Part shown: piece after piece, positions 13,710 to 16,672 of the stretch | Position numbering within the stretch: the first letter of the stretch is position 1 | Layout: each line of letters starts with the position of its first letter | NCBI GenBank assembly: GCA_964463155.1 | Contig: CAYXAY010000015.1 | Coordinates: forward strand, 1 to 16,672 | Source of the DNA: an uncultured archaeon | Lineage (GTDB): Archaea; Iainarchaeota; Iainarchaeia; Iainarchaeales; CSSED10-239 | DNA length: 16,672 nt | Direction: 5' to 3' | Position numbers and translations under genes: made by a program | The notes under the pieces: model-generated | The model's database searches: none | Told to the model about the DNA's origin: nothing | The model's input: the letters and a program-made list of their open reading frames with translations, nothing else

Positions 13710-14753
13710 CTAGTCCTCAAAAATTATTTCTGGTTTTTCCAGATTAAATAGGTCTGTGTAATAGATGTATGCACCTGCATTTAGAAATACAAGTTTATCT
13801 CCTACTTTTGGCTCTTTAAGATATACTCTGTATCTAAAGATGTCTTCTGATGCTGGAGTTAAGCCTTTGATAACATATGATTTTGCATCTTTGTTGGTTT
13901 CTTCAAGCTCGTTTTCAACTAAAAGTTTAATGTTAGCAACAATAACATCCATTGCACAATTAAAAACTGAAGCATCAATAAAGATGTTGTCGTCAACTAT
14001 GTTCTTGATAGTTGCAATCAATTTCCCAGAAGGCCCAGCAATTGCTCTTCCGGGTTCAATTATTAGTTTTATGTTTTTTCTGTTGATGTGTGTCTTTAAG
14101 TTTTTTATCTTCTTGTAGATGTCTTTAATAGTCTCTGCTTTAACATTCTTATAATCTATTGGTATTCCTCCCCCAATGTCAAGATAATTAATGCTTTGCC
14201 AAGTCTCCTTGGAAAGAGATTCTTCCAATTCTTCAACTAGGTTCCATTCTGAAATATTTTGTGTTTTTCTATGTGTGTGTATTCCTAGTTGTTTTATGTT
14301 TTTGTTGTTTTTTAGTTCCGGTATTAGTTCATTGATGTCTTTTGAGAAGAAACCATATACAAAGTATCTTCCTGTTTGTACAGTATATTCCTTTAGTCTC
14401 ATTCTTAGAAGTAAAGTAATTTGTTTGTCTTCTGCTTTTATGTATTTTTCTAAGAAGTTTAGATCGTTTAGGTTATCAACTATGAATTTATCTATGTCTT
14501 TCTTGAAAAGAATATCTAGTTCTTCCTTTTCTGAGGAATGTAGCATAAACCATATTTTTTTTGTATCTTTGATATACTGTAGTTCATTAATATGATGTAT
14601 TAAAAAAAAAGAATTTGTTTTTTCTTCTAAGACCGGAATTATATAAGGATTAGACTTAACGCTATAAGCTATGCTATCACTTAGCTCTTGAAGTTTAGAA
14701 AAATTTTCCGTAATTGCTTGTTTAGAAAAAACAAACTTTGCCTTAGAAAACAT
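13710..14753 (-). CDS. PLP-dependent fold-type III (Orn/DAP/Arg) decarboxylase, probable arginine or ornithine decarboxylase
   Basis: AYSVKSNP (PLP lysine), GIHTH, DIGGGIP, EPGRAIAG and NAGAY motifs. Lies adjacent to agmatinase. The ATG at 14753 is preferred; a TTG alternative lies at 14771. Confidence 0.8.
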   Translation of the reverse strand: MFSKAKFVFSKQAITENFSKLQELSDSIAYSVKSNPYIIPVLEEKTNSFFLIHHINELQYIKDTKKIWFMLHSSEKEELDILFKKDIDKFIVDNLNDLNFLEKYIKAEDKQITLLLRMRLKEYTVQTGRYFVYGFFSKDINELIPELKNNKNIKQLGIHTHRKTQNISEWNLVEELEESLSKETWQSINYLDIGGGIPIDYKNVKAETIKDIYKKIKNLKTHINRKNIKLIIEPGRAIAGPSGKLIATIKNIVDDNIFIDASVFNCAMDVIVANIKLLVENELEETNKDAKSYVIKGLTPASEDIFRYRVYLKEPKVGDKLVFLNAGAYIYYTDLFNLEKPEIIFED

Positions 14754-14946
14754 AAATATATTGTAGCTCAAAAGGTTTTAAAAGCAGTAGTTAGCACTTA
14801 AAAATCTAGGTTTTTAGTTGCTCTATAACTTTATCTAATAGCTTATCAAAATTCTTTATGGAATCCTATAATGTATTAAATATATTGCACCAACTTACTT
14901 TTATTGAATCTTTTGTATTACTTTGACTTATGATTATTTCTTACTT

Positions 14947-16672
14947 TTAAATTTGTGGAAATCGTGTTTTTTTCTTGCGGATTATTATTGTTGCTAGTAC
15001 TATTGTAACCAATAATAATAACATGATTATCACAATATAAATTGAAGACGCGCCTTTTGTTTTTACTGGATTTTCTTCTGAATTTGTAATTGCTTTTTCT
15101 GGTTTACATTCGCCAGTATATGCAATATCTGCTTTTGCAACATCTGCATTGCATTTATTTGAATAAGTGACTCCATCTATACCACACACCGGAAAATATT
15201 CCATTGTACACATTATGTCTTGCTTACTTGTATCTATTTTAAAAATATCTGTAGATTCTAAAACAGCAGGGGGGGAAAATTGTAAAACATTTAGATTTGT
15301 GCGTGGTTTAATATTTGAATAAATCATATAAACTAATTTGGTATCTTGACCTGCTTTAATTAAAGGAACAGTAAACCCAACTACTGGATCGTCCTTTAAT
15401 ATAGTAAATTTTGTTTCAGATTGTATTTGTGATGCAGAAATTGCAATTTCTTTTGGTATTTCAACAACTAAGATTACATTTTCTTGATCTAATCCTTTTT
15501 TGTTTTTTATAATTATTGTAATTGTTGTTTTATAACTTTTTTTGCCACCAGAAATTATTTGTTCAATCTTTGAATCTATATTAAATTCAAAATTCTCTGA
15601 ATTTGAAATCATTTTTGAAATCTCTTCTGAATTAAATAATTTATTCCCTTGTTCATCAATTATTTCATTTAAAATTTTACTTAATGCCTCTTGAGAATAT
15701 GTAATTGGTTGAGTGGATTCTGAAATTATAGTTCTCCCATCAACTACTGGTGCTGATGACCCACCACCGCCACCGCCACCACCAGAGGCGCTTGTCTTAA
15801 ATGCCTTTGAAGCATTTGAATCATTGTTATTTAAATCCCTACAAGCAACATAAAATGTATAATCGGTGTTTGCTATTAATCCACTTAAATTAAGTACACC
15901 TGTACCAATTCCTGCATTTGTTGTAATTAATAAATTTACATTCGCTGGCATTGAGTCATAATTTAAATCTTCAATACTTCTTCTACAAGTTACTAATTCA
16001 TTTGTTGTTACTGTTAATCTTGCAGTTGTTGTTGTTTTTGTTAGAGAGCTTAAAGAAATAATTGGACTTGTAATGTCTGGCAAAGTGGTAAAATCAAACC
16101 GCTTATACTCTACCGAATCATTACCTGCAATATCTCTACATCTTACAAATAAATTGTAATCTGTTTCTCCATTTAAGTCATAAACAACAATTGAACCATA
16201 TAGATCAATTATTTTTTCATGAATCATGTCGGGGTAATTTTTATTTTCGTCAATACTATATCTACAATTTACTTTTTCATTAGAATTTATATCCACTGAA
16301 GCATTTATATCTCCAATTACTGTTGCAGAAGGCATGTTTATGTTCAAATCAAAATTAGGAGCAATAGTGTCAATTACAATTGCCTTATTTTCTCCTAATG
16401 ATCCGGGATATCCGGGATTAACTAATGTAAGATTTGCATCCATTGAATTATTGTTTTTTATAGTTCCGCCATTTAATACCAATGCAGTTGTATCAATATA
16501 ATCTAAATCAGAAGAAACATCTCCATCCTGAACAGTATACAAAAATCCTAAAGTTGTTGTACCGGTTCCAGAAACATAACTTGCCTCTCTGTCTGTTTCT
16601 CCTGTTTCTAAATATAGTGTTGGTGCTCCCGTAACTTTAACAATTTCACTAAACTGAACAGTAATAGTAATA
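14947..16672 (-). CDS. C-terminal part of a large membrane-anchored surface protein (5' end outside the window)
   Basis: The frame stays open from 16542 to the window end. The track's start is a TTG inside the ORF. Contents: adhesin-type Ig-like repeat ([12 protein letters not shown]...[14 protein letters not shown]...LNGGTIKN), two Cys-containing repeats, a Gly8 linker, a Kazal-like module, and a C-terminal TM helix followed by RKKK. Confidence 0.85.
   Translation of the reverse strand, partial: ITITVQFSEIVKVTGAPTLYLETGETDREASYVSGTGTTTLGFLYTVQDGDVSSDLDYIDTTALVLNGGTIKNNNSMDANLTLVNPGYPGSLGENKAIVIDTIAPNFDLNINMPSATVIGDINASVDINSNEKVNCRYSIDENKNYPDMIHEKIIDLYGSIVVYDLNGETDYNLFVRCRDIAGNDSVEYKRFDFTTLPDITSPIISLSSLTKTTTTARLTVTTNELVTCRRSIEDLNYDSMPANVNLLITTNAGIGTGVLNLSGLIANTDYTFYVACRDLNNNDSNASKAFKTSASGGGGGGGGSSAPVVDGRTIISESTQPITYSQEALSKILNEIIDEQGNKLFNSEEISKMISNSENFEFNIDSKIEQIISGGKKSYKTTITIIIKNKKGLDQENVILVVEIPKEIAISASQIQSETKFTILKDDPVVGFTVPLIKAGQDTKLVYMIYSNIKPRTNLNVLQFSPPAVLESTDIFKIDTSKQDIMCTMEYFPVCGIDGVTYSNKCNADVAKADIAYTGECKPEKAITNSEENPVKTKGASSIYIVIIMLLLLVTIVLATIIIRKKKTRFPQI
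15793..16359 (-). repeat. Two tandem ~90-aa protein-level repeats inside the surface protein
   Basis: Repeat 1 reads [16 protein letters not shown]...[17 protein letters not shown]. Repeat 2 reads [15 protein letters not shown]...[17 protein letters not shown]. The Cys, Tyr and CRD..N(N)DS positions are conserved between them. Confidence 0.7.

Noticed and set aside
9070-13712. Genome-wide reassignment of TAG (for example to pyrrolysine or another sense codon) as the explanation for the P2 interruption
   Set aside because: TAG also terminates the agmatinase (12803-12805) and decarboxylase (13710-13712) genes at sensible positions, 7-11 nt before the next start codon. TAA and TGA are also used as stops. 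TAG therefore behaves as a normal stop here; only local readthrough or a mutation remains plausible.
1365-14595. Antisense shadow ORFs on the plus strand: 1365-1565, 6584-6793, 6809-7003, 8538-8753, 11152-11385, 11776-12009, 12086-12277, 13057-13368, 13158-13427, 13454-13657, 13765-14118, 14191-14595
   Set aside because: Each lies opposite a longer minus-strand gene with clear family motifs. Their products are low-complexity, Phe/Leu/Ser/Cys-rich sequences typical of antisense frames in AT-rich DNA, with no recognisable motifs.
15760-15783. Gly8-coding tract as a slippage-prone phase-variation repeat
   Set aside because: The DNA is a mix of ACC, GCC and CCC triplets on the plus strand, not a homopolymer or perfect short tandem repeat. 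It is more likely a flexible linker.
1-16672. CRISPR arrays, toxin-antitoxin pairs or known defence cassettes
   Set aside because: No regularly spaced direct repeats were found, and no ORFs have recognisable Cas, restriction-modification, HEPN/PIN-type or similar motifs.

Overview
The window is an AT-rich archaeal chromosomal segment, most likely from a small-genome DPANN-type archaeon. Evidence: archaeal 16S signatures, ribosomal proteins eL40 and eL41, FEN1, tight gene packing, and G+C-rich RNA genes standing out from AT-rich DNA. Most genes are on the minus strand.

Contents in order:
- 5' ~960 nt of a 16S rRNA gene
- SET-domain methyltransferase
- eL41
- G+C-rich small-RNA candidate (island A)
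- tRNA-Glu(UUC)
- eL40
- FEN1
- 131-aa sodium:solute-symporter-like fragment
- M50 site-2 protease, with a coupled JAB-like hypothetical
- signal-anchored Memo-AMMECR1 fusion
- three tandem paralogs of an uncharacterised, possibly RIO/Bud32/Kdo-kinase-like family, interleaved with a HIT hydrolase
- tRNA-Gly(UCC) with a G+C-rich structured 5' leader (island B)
- dUTPase
- thioredoxin-CcdA/DsbD-type membrane fusion
- agmatinase plus a PLP decarboxylase
- 3' part of a very large membrane-anchored surface protein carrying a Kazal-like domain

No CRISPR array, transposase, integrase or recognisable defence gene was seen.

Best candidates for something undescribed:
1. The paralog/HIT/Memo-AMMECR1 cluster at 6244-10446. 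One paralog is cut by an in-frame TAG that is followed by a still-conserved C-terminal motif.
2. A family of G+C-rich structured RNA islands next to the two tRNAs. They share a 25/27-nt core in inverted orientation 8.6 kb apart.

All functional calls come from motif recognition by eye; no searches were run.
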